From NCBI GenBank assembly GCA_965112155.1, contig OZ218105.1: a stretch of 64,000 nucleotides of DNA; one strand, written 5' to 3'. The notes under the pieces are model-generated. The model did not search any database. It had not been told where the DNA came from and saw only the letters and a program-made list of their open reading frames with translations. The translations under genes and the position numbers were made by a program. Of this stretch, positions 11,577 through 24,130 are shown piece after piece. The DNA is from Podarcis liolepis (lineage: Eukaryota). The first letter of the stretch is position 1; each line of letters begins with the position of its first letter.

Positions 11577-12052
11577 GGATGTATTTCTGGTTCAGGGTAA
11601 GTAATGTGGGCCTGAATTTGCATTCCTTGAAATATTCCTGGTATTACAAAATAGTAGTATTATTACCTTTGGTTTATTATAATTCCAACATAGGCAAGAA
11701 TAAGTCAACACCCCCCTTTGACTTAAATTAAACCATAAAGAGCTGCTCTGCTATTTTAAAGGGAATTGAGGCTATTTGTTTATAAACTGCCTTTTGCCTT
11801 ACATCAATGTGAGTGTACTGCCTACCAAGGGCTGAATAGCTTTTCAGTCTCGCCACCTTGAATGGTAACTCCATCCAAGCACCAAGCCTCGGAGCAGTAT
11901 TAAAATTTGGACTCTAAACACACACACACACACACACACAGGTGACCAAACAAAGTCCAGAGCAAGGCCAAAGCAAAACCTAAACACTAGGGCGGGTAGG
12001 TGGGTGTTCGGTGCCTCAAAGTCAGGAAAACCCCACAGCATCACGCCGTCAC

Positions 12053-12156
12053 CTTTTATAGGCCCCCCTCGATCACACCACCACTTATGATTGGCCAACA
12101 GGCCATGGCACGATCGTGGAGCCGATACATGGGACTCGGGATCAAGCCCCACCCCT
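12053..12156 (-). promoter_or_regulatory. Candidate Pol II core promoter (CACCC box, CCAAT, TATA)
   Basis: Minus strand has TATAAAAG (12060-12053), GGCCAATCA (CCAAT at 12094-12090) and GGGTGGGGC (about 12146-12155) in a locally CpG-rich patch. Confidence 0.4.
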
Positions 12157-15067
12157 CCATGGATGAGTGGGGGGCGCCTATAGCCCTTGCTCAATGCGGA
12201 CCCTCAATTAAGAGGATCCAATTACTTCAGCTCATCTAATAACATGCACATCTTCATGTGCAAACAGTGAGTACTTATTTAGGACTTAGTGCATATTTAG
12301 TACGGGTGTAAGAAGGCATTAGTTTCCATTCTGACCCATATCAAATGCAGTGCTGTTTCTATTCCGCTGCAGTTCAGCTTTCAACAAAAGCTACACTATC
12401 CACCTTGCTGTCTGCTGTGCCTGAATTTTGTATAATTAATTACATTATCACTAAGCTATCCCACTCCATTCCTTTCAATGCAAAGCTCATTCATTTCCAT
12501 GCAAAGGAAATGCATTGTAAATTGTGGGGGAATTCATCAGTTATGTCCTGCTTGCAGACTGAAAACAACCACAAAAGTAAATACCTATATATGGTGGCTA
12601 CCGTATGAGAAAGAGAGAGAGAAAATCAATCAAAGACATGGCTTCTTCCTGTCCATTTTTTCTTTGACACATAAACACTTGTATAAATTCTTATTACTTC
12701 AAATATTTTAAAACACTCATAAAATTTCTAACCGTCACTGTAGAGATAAGTGGCATGGTAATGTCTGAAAAATAAAAAATGAGAAAATGCGCTGAAAACA
12801 AAAGACACCAGATATTTGGAGCATGATTCTTCCACTGGAGCAATTTTCTTCCATTGCTTTTAATGAAACTTAAGTGTGCTTAACTTTTGCGGATCAGCCC
12901 CCCCCCATGTGTCTTATATGTATTTCATAATTTTAAAGGGCTGATCCATTTTGCTTCATATTTGTTGTGAGGTAGGGGAGGTGGAAGGACAAAAAAAGAA
13001 GGAAGCATACACAGGAGATCAAATGTTTACAACATAAAACTAAAAAAGGTATTTTATGCAATGAAAAAGTTACTGCTGACATTCTCACAGCATCTGATTG
13101 CATCATAAATAAAACAGTAGAACTAGTCATCCCAGACATACGATGTATAGAGAACCTGGCTGGAAGGCCGGTGAAGGACTTAGAATTATGATCTCAGGCC
13201 CCCTAGACTGGTGAAGCTTGGACATGGAACAAAGTGATATGTTCAATCACTGCAGAAGGATGGGGGAAGGAGAAAGGAGACACGAGCCAGTTTTATAGCA
13301 TCTTCTGGCCAATGTATTCTATGTCAACTGCACAACAGTACCTTGCACATGTGACAAATGAACTGGTATGCCCAGCAGAAGAGAACAAGAGGGAAACAGA
13401 AGGAAGGATGCTTAGAAAATTGGAAATAAGCATGGGAGGAAACTGCAAAACAGTGGGGGGGGGATGGTTGTGGACAGTGGCTAATTTCTATCTACAGTCG
13501 GCTTCAAAACCAAGAAATCTAGCATTCATAGAGAGTCACAGCCAATTGGTTTTTGAAGGTGTTATAGAAGCTTGAACCCTTCTAGAAAGGGTTGGATGCA
13601 GCCCTTCAGAACTGTCTACCTGGCTTTTGGAACTATCTCCAACTCTGTTTTACAAAGTTTTCTGTAAGCATGACATGAAGACATCAATCCATGTAGGAAT
13701 CCCTTGCAGATGACCACAGTGCCTGGAGACAGATAGGTAGTACACCCATAGCAGTGACCAGAGAAGGAATGACCTCAGGGAGGAATACAGAGAGATGAAA
13801 TAACATGGTTCATCTGCAACAGCACAACCAGACGCCTTCATCTGCCCCAGCTGCAACTAAACATGTCTCTCCCATATCGGTCTCTACAGCCACAGTAGGA
13901 GCTGTAACATCCCAACAGTTTGACTTCACCCCATCTCCTGACACAGACAGATGACAACCAACCTGAGGGTTATTTTGCTTCCAGATCTGTCTGGACATAT
14001 TTATCCTGATCTGCTTGCATGAACTTTGTGGGGAGGTTAAGACAATGCTGGCTATTTATTGACCACTCATTCTGATTGTTTGTAGGGAGGTTACATGGCA
14101 TTGCATCAGGCAATTGCTACCCCATACTTTCTAATTCATTTCCCCTCCACTTTGAAATGAATTATAGAATTGTAGAGTTGGAAAGGACCTCAATGGTCAT
14201 TTAACACCAAACAAGCTTTAATTGCATGGCTAGAATTTGCCAGTACTGTATATGACTGAATCCTGCCCAAATGTATCACCTTTAACTTTTGTTCTAATTT
14301 GTTTTATCTATTTTGGCAGAGGCAAAAAACAGGTTTTTGGTTTCATCTTTGAATGGCATGTGCTGGTGTAGGTCTTTGGAGTCAGTTACCGGTGAAAAGG
14401 AGAGGCAGAACTCCAAATGAGCTGGGGATGACGTGCTGGAACAAAGAGGCGCAGAGGATGGCTTTTTGCTGTCCTTTGAATCCAGTGTTGTGCTTATGGA
14501 GGAGGCCAGACCCTCTTGTGATGTGAATGGCCTGCAGTTCAGGTTGTATATATGTGTAAAGAAACCATGTATCATAAAGAAACCACAGTCTCTGTTGTGC
14601 CTCATTGTCCCAGAAGGAAACACAGACCCCGGTCAGCAGTCCAGCAACCATGTAATTTGACATCACCTGTGGAGATTGTGGTGGCATGTAACAGTATGAA
14701 ACAATTGCAGTCTAGGAATCTGACGCAGGTTCAGCAGGTGTGTTACTGGCTTTGGGACTCTTTTTTTCTTTCACTATGCTCTCTGTCTATATTTGTACAT
14801 ACAGAGATAAGTGTCAAATGTGAGCCCTCTCTCTTTCTCTTCCAAGTAAAACGAAATTCTTTATCACTGCCCCTGTACTTTTCACTGCTCAGGGAAGAAC
14901 ACTTAATAGCATTCTTTAATAACGTATCTCCTATTACAGAACAGATAGAACAGAAGAATGATTTAAAATTAACTTGCAATTATTCAGTATGATATACCAC
15001 ATATTATGAACCTAACGTGTAGGGTAAATTAAAAGTATTCAGAATAAATCAGAGCTATAGTCTGAAG

Positions 15068-15203
15068 CAGGCTTCCTCAACCTCGGCCCTCCAGATGTTT
15101 TTGGCCTACAACCCCCATGATCCCTAGCTAGCAGGGCCAGTGGTCAGGGATGATGGGAATTGTAGTCTCAAAACATCTGGAGGGCTGAGGTTGAGGAAGC
15201 CTG
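15068..15203. mobile_element. hAT-type MITE
   Basis: Long TIRs CAGGCTTCCTCAACCTC...GAGGTTGAGGAAGCCTG and an exact 8-bp TSD GTCTGAAG (15060-15067, 15204-15211). Confidence 0.93.
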
Positions 15204-15235
15204 GTCTGAAGCGTATCAGGAAGTTCCAATGAATA

Positions 15236-15476
15236 CAGTGGCACCTCGGGTTACATACGCTTCAGGTTACAAACACTTCAGGATACAGACTCTGCTAACC
15301 CAGAAATAGTATCTCGGGTTAAGAACTTTGCCTCAGGATGAGAACAGAAATTTGCAGCAGCGGCGTGGCAGCAGCGGGAGGCCCCATTAGCTAAAGTAGT
15401 GCTTCAGGTTAAGAACAGTTTCAGGTTAAGAACGGACCTCCGGAATGAATTAAGTACATAACCAGAGATACCACTG
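15236..15476. mobile_element. Tc1/mariner MITE, inverted relative to 7076
   Basis: TA-CAGTGGCACCTC...GAGATACCACTG-TA, body is the reverse complement of the 7076 copy. Confidence 0.93.
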
Positions 15477-15524
15477 TACAGTGTTATGTCTACTTCTGAG
15501 TAAGACACTTCAATATTGCTTTCC

Positions 15525-15655
15525 TATAAATCTTCATCTTCCCTCTTCTTCATCCTCACCTTCTTTTCTTTCTCCTCTTTCCCCTTCTCTTCATATTCTC
15601 CTCTATTTCATCCTTCATCTTCTATTTCTCATCCTTCCTCTCCTCCATCCTTCAC
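15525..15655. repeat. Pyrimidine-rich (CTT/CCT) low-complexity tract
   Basis: About 130 nt almost devoid of G. Confidence 0.85.
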
Positions 15656-16838
15656 GTTCAACTTGGTTTTTCTATAAACAACTCAATTCATTATTGAGAG
15701 ACTCAAACAGAGTCTTTTACAGGTAAATTACCAACCTGGTTAAGTAATGTTTTGATTATGCAGTTCTAAATTATTGCAATATTTACACTATTTTAAGCAA
15801 CAACTGTACCAATGCAATGCAAGGTGCAAACCTTCCTTATACGCATCTCCCCACCTCCCTTTTGCTTCCTAGTTCCTGAACAAGTGGAAACTACTGCTCA
15901 CCAAATCTACATGGCCTTTTTTCAACAAAGACTACAAAAAGAAGGAAAGGTTAAGCAGACAGCAGGAGGTGGAGGAAGCAGGATAAGAAGGTACAATATC
16001 ACCTCCATGCTGTGACAGCCGTGAATCAATTATTCACATACCAATTGGTAATTTAAAAACAAAACAGAACTCTTCACAGCAGCAGGCAAACATAGGAAAT
16101 GTTTTTCTGCAGACGTCCAACATTTTCTTTTTCTTCAAAACCATATACAAAAATGCAGAGTGAAGAGGAATAACATGGAGAAGCGATAATAGCAGACATA
16201 GGATAACATGGGAAAAACTGACAACAGAATCAGAAAGGGTGTATAGGCTGGATGAGGGGGTAAGAAACCTGGCCTCATTTTAGCTTGCATGCAGGCTGCT
16301 ATAAGCAAATAAATATCATCATATTCTGATTGCAGGTTTTTTCTTGTTGCAGAACTTCTAACAGGACACACAACAGTCTGAGGAAAAGATCTGCAAAACT
16401 GCTTAGCCCTTTAATATGCATTACAGCCTGGCAGGAATCAGAGGTTAATTTCACGAAAGAGAGACATTGAAACTCAAACCCGCCAAGTGGTCACATCACT
16501 CCCTGACCTCTTAGCCCTACTCCCCAAATTTGGAGCCAATTCAGAACTTCTGCACCAGTATGGTCTTTATACTACGTCTGATACACAGGGGAGGAACTGC
16601 TTATTCTAAAGTGTCTTCCCCTCCCCTGCATCAAAATATATTTTTATGTGACTAGTGTATCAAAGGGAAGCTAAGCTAGGAGCTTTGAACAGGCATACTT
16701 AGCTTAATGATTATTCCAGTCTTGAAGAAGAGCCAAGTGAATGCTTCTGTTCCTCGCTATTACTTTGTTTGGCAAGTTAGTGTCCACACACTCCCAGTTT
16801 TTACCATCATAATGTCCATTGCTTGCCTGCCGATTTTC

Positions 16839-17469
16839 TTTTTTTTTAAAAAAAAAAAATTATATTTATTAATTTTCCAACAAATTAAACACAACACTAC
16901 AAAAAACCAAAAAAATACAATACAATACAGTACAAAAAACACTACAAAACACTAACACATACAACTAACAAAACAAAACAAAAACCATTTAAAACACAGT
17001 CCAATTTCAATATTTTATGTTTCTTTCACTTATTTCCACGACCTCCTCACACCTCCCTTTTCGTATTCCACTTCTATTAATTGTTTCAGCAATTCCTTTC
17101 CATCTTCCTCTGTTTTCTATCCTATAATTATCTTAACACATTCTAACCTTATTTTTCCCTTTAATACTCTATTAATCTATTTATACTTAATTCCTTATAA
17201 CATTTCTACTAAAGCCATATAACTTCATTCCAACATTTTTCTAACATTCATTAATTTTAGAAGTATTTCTGTAAGTAGTCTTTAAACTTTTCCCAGTCTT
17301 CTTCCACCGATTCTTCTCCCTGGTCTCGGATTCTGCCAGTCATTTCCGCCATTTCCATATAGTCCATCAACTTCATCTGCCACTCTTCCCGGGTGGGTAA
17401 ATCTTGTGTCTTCCAGTACTTCGCCATGAGTATTCTTGCTGCTGTTGTTGCATACGTAAAGAAAATTCT
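16839..17469 (-). mobile_element. L1-clade LINE, 5'-truncated 3' end
   Basis: Minus ORF tail TTAARILMAKYWKTQDLPTREEW...W..F..YL* resembles the non-mammalian L1 ORF2 C-terminus. It is followed by a 3'UTR, AATAAA and an A-tail, with candidate TSD ATTTTC (16833-16838, 17470-17475). Confidence 0.85.
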
Positions 17470-18050
17470 ATTTTCATCCACACCAGCGAATGGAGTGTAC
17501 AGAAAAATGGGAAGTGCTTTTCTGTCCTTCCCTTCAACCACTGCTCCCTCACCCACCAATATCCTTCTAAATTTTGGGCACGTGTGAGAGTCCCTCTGTA
17601 CCAGTTTGTGCATACCCTTAACAACAACAACAACAACAACATCATCCCAAGAAGTGCTCAAGAGCAAATGTTACCAGACTTATCTAGCCAGTCATTCTGT
17701 GGGCATACAATAGTATTAGGCAACACAGAGGGTTGTGCTTTTATGCGGGAAGGGCAGAAGTGGATTACCAGGTGATACAGAGCCACTGCCTTAGCTTCCC
17801 AACAGGTGGGCTTCTGCTGCTTAATGAGGGAAGAGAGGGACAGGAGACAGGGAGGTTGGTGCAAATGCACCATCAGAGCCAACCCAGTGTTCCTGCCAGT
17901 GTATTTGCACCACACCAACCTCCCTGCCCCTGCCCCTGCCCTTCCCATAAGCAACAGGACCTGCCTTACAAGAATCTAGGGCTTTGGCTCCACTTTGCCT
18001 CATAAGCCACTTCTGGGTAAGGGCAATATTATTACTATTTAAATATAATA

Positions 18051-18228
18051 CAGTGTACCCTTCAGTTACGTACTCCTCTGGTTACTGAGTTTCAGGTCAC
18101 TGCATGCACGTGCGCAGAAGCGCCCTGCGCATCGCACGGGTGCACAAAAGCGGCGCTTATAGTTACGTTTTTTTGGGGTGCCCACGGACCCCCAGAACGA
18201 ATTAAATTCGTATCCGGAAGGTGCACTG
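18051..18228. mobile_element. Tc1/mariner MITE (related subfamily)
   Basis: TA-CAGTGTACCCTTC...GAAGGTGCACTG-TA. Confidence 0.85.
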
Positions 18229-18296
18229 TACTTATGTCTTGTGTAATGTCTCTATCTTTCTCTATATATCTATATATCTATAGATATACATATATA

Positions 18297-18537
18297 CAGT
18301 GGAACCTCAGTTCTCAAACATCTCCATTGACAAACGTTTTGGAACCTGAATGCCAAAAACCTTGAAATAAATGCTTCCATTTTCAAACACGCCTCGGAAG
18401 TTGAACGGCCTCTGATGCGTGTTTTTCAATTTTCTCAATCGAATTTGCCGACAGCCCTTTGCACCTCGGTTTTCAAACATTTTGCAAGTCGAACGATCTT
18501 CCGGAATGGATTATGTTTGAAAACCAAGGTTCCACTC
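18297..18537. mobile_element. Tc1/mariner MITE (CAGTGGAACCT ends)
   Basis: TA-CAGTGGAACCTCAGTT...AACCAAGGTTCCACT, inserted in a TA-rich run. Confidence 0.8.
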
Positions 18538-19897
18538 TGTGTGTGTGTGTATGTGTGTATCCTGACATATGTACTGCAGTTACAGTCGCTCATTTACCAT
18601 GTGGAGAGATCCTGAGTGAATATTTCCTCTGAACTGGACATGTGGCTGCCAGTGGAAATAGGTAGCTTATTGGGGGCTGCCAAAATGGCTATGTTGTGCT
18701 TAGGTGAGGAGCAAATGGAAGAATGGGTGTGGCGATAGAGACCTTAAAATGAAACATCACCACAAGCACATCACAAACCACATACTCAGAAACTGTGCAC
18801 ATGAGCTTCTAAACCAGTGGTCACTGCAGATGTATACTGGAACGTTATTTTTATTTATTGGACTTTCTGTGGTAAGGGGAAATGCAGATTAAAACTGAAA
18901 GTTAATTATGGCTGCCTAGAATTTTATACACCTGGGAGTTCCAGGTAAACGCCATTGATCACAGTGGGACTTAATTCTTGGAAAACACACATAGACTTGC
19001 ACTATAGAAATGTGATATGCAATGCTTGTATGTACATACTGGGTTTTCCTGTTTCATTTTAAAAGTTTTCCCTCTTTTTCTTTTTCTTTTTTTTACCGAA
19101 AACAATTATTTTCACTAGATAAAAAATTGCCACACCTCCTACCTCCATCTACCCATCCTGTCCACTCCCTCTTACATGAAGGTTGACTTTAAAAAAAAAA
19201 AAAAATTTAAGGGAAGGCATTAATTCTTCTCCCATCACACAAATTCATCTACCCCCACCTCCATTAAAAGCCTTCACCTTCACAGATATAACAACCTAAT
19301 TGCATGCTGCAGTGCAAAATGAAATCCTCAAATTATCAAGTGCAAAAATTAGCATTAAAAAATCATAAGACAACAAACAATGGGGCTTTTTATGTGATTT
19401 TTGTAATTGCATGAAACTAGTTACTTTAGCAATAATTGTTTGTGCTTCATTAGCATGCAAAATGGTTTTGTAGACTAACCTGAACACAAAAGAAACCATT
19501 TGTGATGAGAACTCTGCTTTGTTTAATGTTAGACACCATTGTATTTGCTTTCCTAATATAACAGTTCTAATTAGTACCTAGCAGTCATCCAGAGTTTTTC
19601 AGCTTGAACACGCTGAAGGTGACAATTGAGTCACAATTCCATGGCACTCTTTGTCAGCTCCTGTCAAAATATAGCTAAGTCTTCAAGAGTTGTGATCTAA
19701 ATACTAAAAAAAAGAAAAAGAAAAAAGTTAATAGTCCAGGATTGGGGGGGGGGAATCAACTTCAGATAGTTTAAGAAATATATCTGAATAATACCTTGTT
19801 AGAAAATCAAGGTTCTTAAAGAGACCTGTAGCATCTGAAAACTAAGGCTGCAATTCTTTTTGTGCACAGTCCTGGGGAAAAGCCCCATTAAGAACAT

Positions 19898-20260
19898 CAG
19901 AACATAAGAAGAGCCATGCTAGATCAAGCCAAGGGCATATTTATTTACCTATCTATGTATTTATCTATTTATTTTATATACCCCCCCTTCATCCCAGACA
20001 CTTCAATGGTAAAACATTTTTTAAAAAAACAACAACTAAACCCTGTACCTTCAGTGACTAACCAATGGGAATCCCCAAAGCAAGACATGAACACAACAGT
20101 GGCCCCTGCCGTTACTCCCCATAACTGGTATCCAGAGCCAAGTCACCTCTGATCCTGGGAGGCAGCATAAAGCCATCATGACTAGCAACCACTGAGAGCT
20201 TTCTCTTCCATGCATTTGTCTAATCCCCTTCGAATGCCATCCAAGCTATCACTCATTGCG
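19898..20260 (-). mobile_element. Old CR1-family LINE 3' end
   Basis: Minus translation SLDGIRRGLDKCMEEKALSGC* matches a CR1 ORF2 terminus. Tail AGAACATAAGAAGAGCC, similar to 36848-37200. Confidence 0.75.
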
Positions 20261-22457
20261 TCAGCTGCCGCTTTCAAACACTCTTCAAGGGCAGACCCAC
20301 ATGAAGTGCATTGCAGCAATCTAACTGAGAGGTGACTAAGGGTATTTCTGAATGTTTTGAATTGTTTGAATTGTTTCAAAGATTGTTTCCTACCCTAGAC
20401 TCCTCTCGGATGATTTGCAAGATAGAAATCTATTTTTTATTATCATTATCATTAAATTAATAATACCATCTCACTGTTACCAGATCTACCTTTTCCCAGG
20501 ATGATGCCTTTGTAGTGATTTTGTCATCTAACTTGGATTGGTCACCTCTGTTTCTCTCCATTTAACTCATACAGTAGAATAGTTGGAATGGATGAGTGAC
20601 AACATTTGAAATCAGTTAATCACCAACCTGCAAGCTTTTCAGAGGTGATTATCTGATTGGCTTTGAAGAGCAGAGATTCCTTATTTCTTTCAGGCTTACA
20701 GCATGTACCATAATAAAACAGAATGGCCATGATTCCACTGTACCAGTATGTTTGAGTCTAGATTAATTTCTTCACACAGTAGCTAGGATGTAGCCGGGGG
20801 TAAACATGAAGGCTCCTGCTGGGGGATTGTCTCCAACACAGTGTCTGCATATGAATAATCCAGGGACAAGTCATGCCAGTAAGCCAGCGCCTGCTTTTCT
20901 TCCTGATTATCACAGTGTGAGCTGAGTTGATAGTGTGATGTGTTTTCTTTTCAATAATAGATATGTCTAAGAAACTTGAGATCTCATGGGTTAGCCCATA
21001 TATTGACTCATAGATAACAGACGTACGTATTGTCTAAAATGGAGAGGCCTATTGGGTGGGTGATCATTTGAGGCCCAGAGCTGAAGAACAGAGTAGAAAC
21101 TTTTGTGCACAGAAGCAGCTGCTTTTCAGAGTCTGAAAGGGCTTCTTGTATATTGTAGAAAGCTTTCATGTTGAGAAAATGCTCTCAATGTAAAAATAAG
21201 GGCCTGCTACTCTGACAATGTCTTCAGCACAGAGAAGCAGAGATGACCACTTGATCATCAACCAAAGAAGACATGCACCATCCAAAAATGAGGGCACAGG
21301 TTTCTGTAATATTTGCATATGCTAATTTATAGATGCAATTTCATAAGTAATAATGTTGAATTAAATAGAAATGCACTACATGTGCATGGCATAGGAATGG
21401 ACATACAGAACATCCCCGTACATTAAAAAGAAAGAATTCTCTTTTCACATGAAATCCGATGCATATCCACCCAAGCTTTATGCAGTTTTTGATCATAGCC
21501 AAAATTTGCTGTTCATGTTGAATAATTTTAGTAATAAATTAATGAAGTTTAAGTGTCAAGCATCAGAAGAATTTGATTTCCACTTTGCATAGCTACACAT
21601 TGGTCGCATCTCGGTTTAAGCAAAACCTAGTAAACAAAATAGTATTATTCAAGGTTTTGCCTCTAAAAATATTGTCAAGTATATTTCTTCAGCCCAACTC
21701 ATCTTTAGCACTTTGGGCAATATTTATTCCACCTACTTGGTTTCTCTAGTCAAATAAATCAACACTGGAATGTAGATCTCTCGGTGTAAAGGTGAAGTAG
21801 TGCAGCATATTCTCATCAAAAAATGATATCAGGTTTGTTTGACAAGATCTATTTTCCATTACGGACTGATGCTTGGCATTAATTATCCTTTAATTCTTTG
21901 GTGATTGCACTTATATTTTATCCTTGTCCATGATTTTACCTAGGATCAAACTCAAGCCACCTAATCTGTAGTGGTCCAGGTCATTCCAGCTTACCTATTT
22001 ATCTATATACCTATCCATATATTACGGGCACAACATTAGCCTTATTCCAATTCCCTTGAAAGCAATTCTGCATCTTGATGGTTAATGCGAAAGTATAAGT
22101 CAAACATGTCCCCGAAAAGAAAATGTTGGACCATGGGAGAAAAATTCTCCTAGGCTTTCATTGCTCCCTACTCCAGAAAGCTCAGCTCTATCACTTACGC
22201 CTTCACAATACCCAAGAAACTTACCTTTTCATGAAGGTCCTTCTTGGATGGAAAATGATATGAAGACCTTCCTTTCTACTGAACGGGAACAGCTGGTTGA
22301 CAGAGGTGTCAGTCTACACCTGACCTACTGGCACCAGTATTGCCATGGCTTACTAGGATGAGGCAGCTGGGAGGCCAGAGCTGTTCAGAAGCAGTGCATC
22401 TGCATCACCAAAGTAAGAAGCCCCTCTGAACAATGTTCAGCAATAACAGTGTTGCAC

Positions 22458-22522
22458 CTACCTGTGTGGAGTTCTAAAAGGTGTCCTACAACTACCTGTG
22501 CGGAGTTCTAAAAGGTATCCTA
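22458..22522. repeat. 34-bp tandem duplication
   Basis: CTACCTGTG(T/C)GGAGTTCTAAAAGGT(G/A)TCCTA twice. Confidence 0.95.
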
Positions 22523-22849
22523 GTCTATTATCTGTACTGGTTTTGAAGCTGTTTTTATATTTGAAGTCATTTTTGTTGTCTATGTTTTTCTTGTTGGATC
22601 GCTTCAAAATCTTTTAGAGGAAGCAATTCACAACTAGAATAAAATAAAACATACTTGTAAGCTTTATATGAAGACCCCCTTTTTTGGCTGTTGCCCTCGG
22701 TGTGGAAGCTTGTCAGATTAACAGCATAAGAAGAACCCTTTCCTATCTAGATACCTAATCTGCCTGTTTTCTTTTTAAATTGATAAGAGTTTTGTGAAAG
22801 TCTATCCCACACATTTAGTTAATGGCACTTGATGCTTGCTGTTCTGCGG

Positions 22850-23045
22850 AGGTGGTATAGATCACCAGCAGAGTACACGCTTTGCCTGCAGTAATTTCCA
22901 AGTTCCAAGATTCCTGACGTCTGCAGCAGTAGGGATAGGAAAACCCTTGTCTGAAATCCCAGACAGTCACTGCTAGTCAGTGTAGGTAATCTGGAGCTAG
23001 ATGGGACAAAGGTATGACTCGGTACATGGCAACTTCAAATGTTCA
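22850..23045 (+). mobile_element. Old tRNA-derived SINE (second family)
   Basis: tRNA-like head, then CCC.TGTCTGAAA.CC...CTGC.AGTCAGTGTAG...GAGCTAGATGG, shared with 28131, 51895, 55232 and 59788. Confidence 0.65.
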
Positions 23046-23129
23046 TATATAAAACATTGCATATGGAGGTGTTTATTCAAATGCGTCTAATAAAAAATAT
23101 GTTTCAGAGTATGTGAGGCTTGATCTAGA

Positions 23130-23522
23130 CCAGGGCTGGAGAGCCCCAGGCACTGAGGCTAAATGTTGCCCTCCAGGTCTTTATGTCTCACCCTTGGGAC
23201 TCCCCCCACACCATGCCCATCTCCTGGTCACCACCGTTTTCTCTAAGCCACATCTCTCACTGCCTCTGCTCCCAACCCTCCTTGAGAGCTTCCACCTGCC
23301 ACAATCTTGAATTGTGATAATGCCTCTGGCTGGCCAAGATTGAGCGAGGTGTCTAGGTATGTACTAACCCCAGAATTATGAATGTTCGGAATGTAGACTA
23401 CTGTACAGAGGTAAGAATCTCATCCATTGCCTCTGGCCTAATCCACCACTGGCAGGTGGCTCCCACAAGCTTGTCCACAGGGGAATGCAGCTCTCAAGGA
23501 GAAAAGGGTTTCCTATCCCTCA
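23130..23522. mobile_element. Old hAT-like non-autonomous element
   Basis: CAGGGCTGG...TATCCCT degenerate ends, GC-richer than the flanks. Confidence 0.35.
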
Positions 23523-24024
23523 TCTGGATTGAGCCCAAGGACAACTCAGGTCTCACAGGCTTCTTTAAGCACAGAAAAGGAATATGCAAAAGCATCTTGG
23601 AAGTTGGTAGCTTAGATTGACCAGGCAGATCTCAAATAATATCAGGAACCAGGCCTTTTGCTGATGGAAAAGAAGAACCATCTTTACCGTACTTCCAACC
23701 TCAGTTCTCTGATCCAGTAATGGAAATCAGGGATCCTCTGTCGAAAAAACACCTATCCCAGCTATGCACAGTTATTTTTTATTATTTCTCAAATTCATTA
23801 GTCACTTCATCTGGCCCAAGGCAGCCCAAAGTGACCTACAACCAACCAGCAGCAGCAGCAGCAGCAACAGCAACAACAACAAAGACCCCACATAAATGCA
23901 TTGAAACCGGCCTGGGGAGCAGACATCCCACACACTTCTAAGAAGCCACAGATAGTTAAAGGCCAAAGGTCAAGTTACAGAAGAAAGTTTTTGGTTGGCA
24001 TCTAAAGTTGTATGCATATAGACC

Positions 24025-24130
24025 GTAGGCCAGGACTGGGGAATGTGTGGTCCTCCAGATGGCATTGGCCAATGACTGGAGGTTGAGCCCTTTAACATCT
24101 GGAGGGCCACAAAATGCCCCGGCCCTACCC
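24025..24130. mobile_element. Degenerate hAT-type MITE related to 15068
   Basis: GTGGTCCTCCAGATG...CATCTGGAGGGCCAC inverted arms. Confidence 0.6.

Noticed and set aside
13805-13954. 49-aa Ser/Thr/Pro-rich sORF (MVHLQQHNQTPSS...)
   Set aside because: No recognisable homology or splice context, and the length is expected by chance.
14294-14623. Ser-rich minus-strand ORF as a coding exon
   Set aside because: Weak polypyrimidine tract and no recognisable protein, so it cannot be supported.
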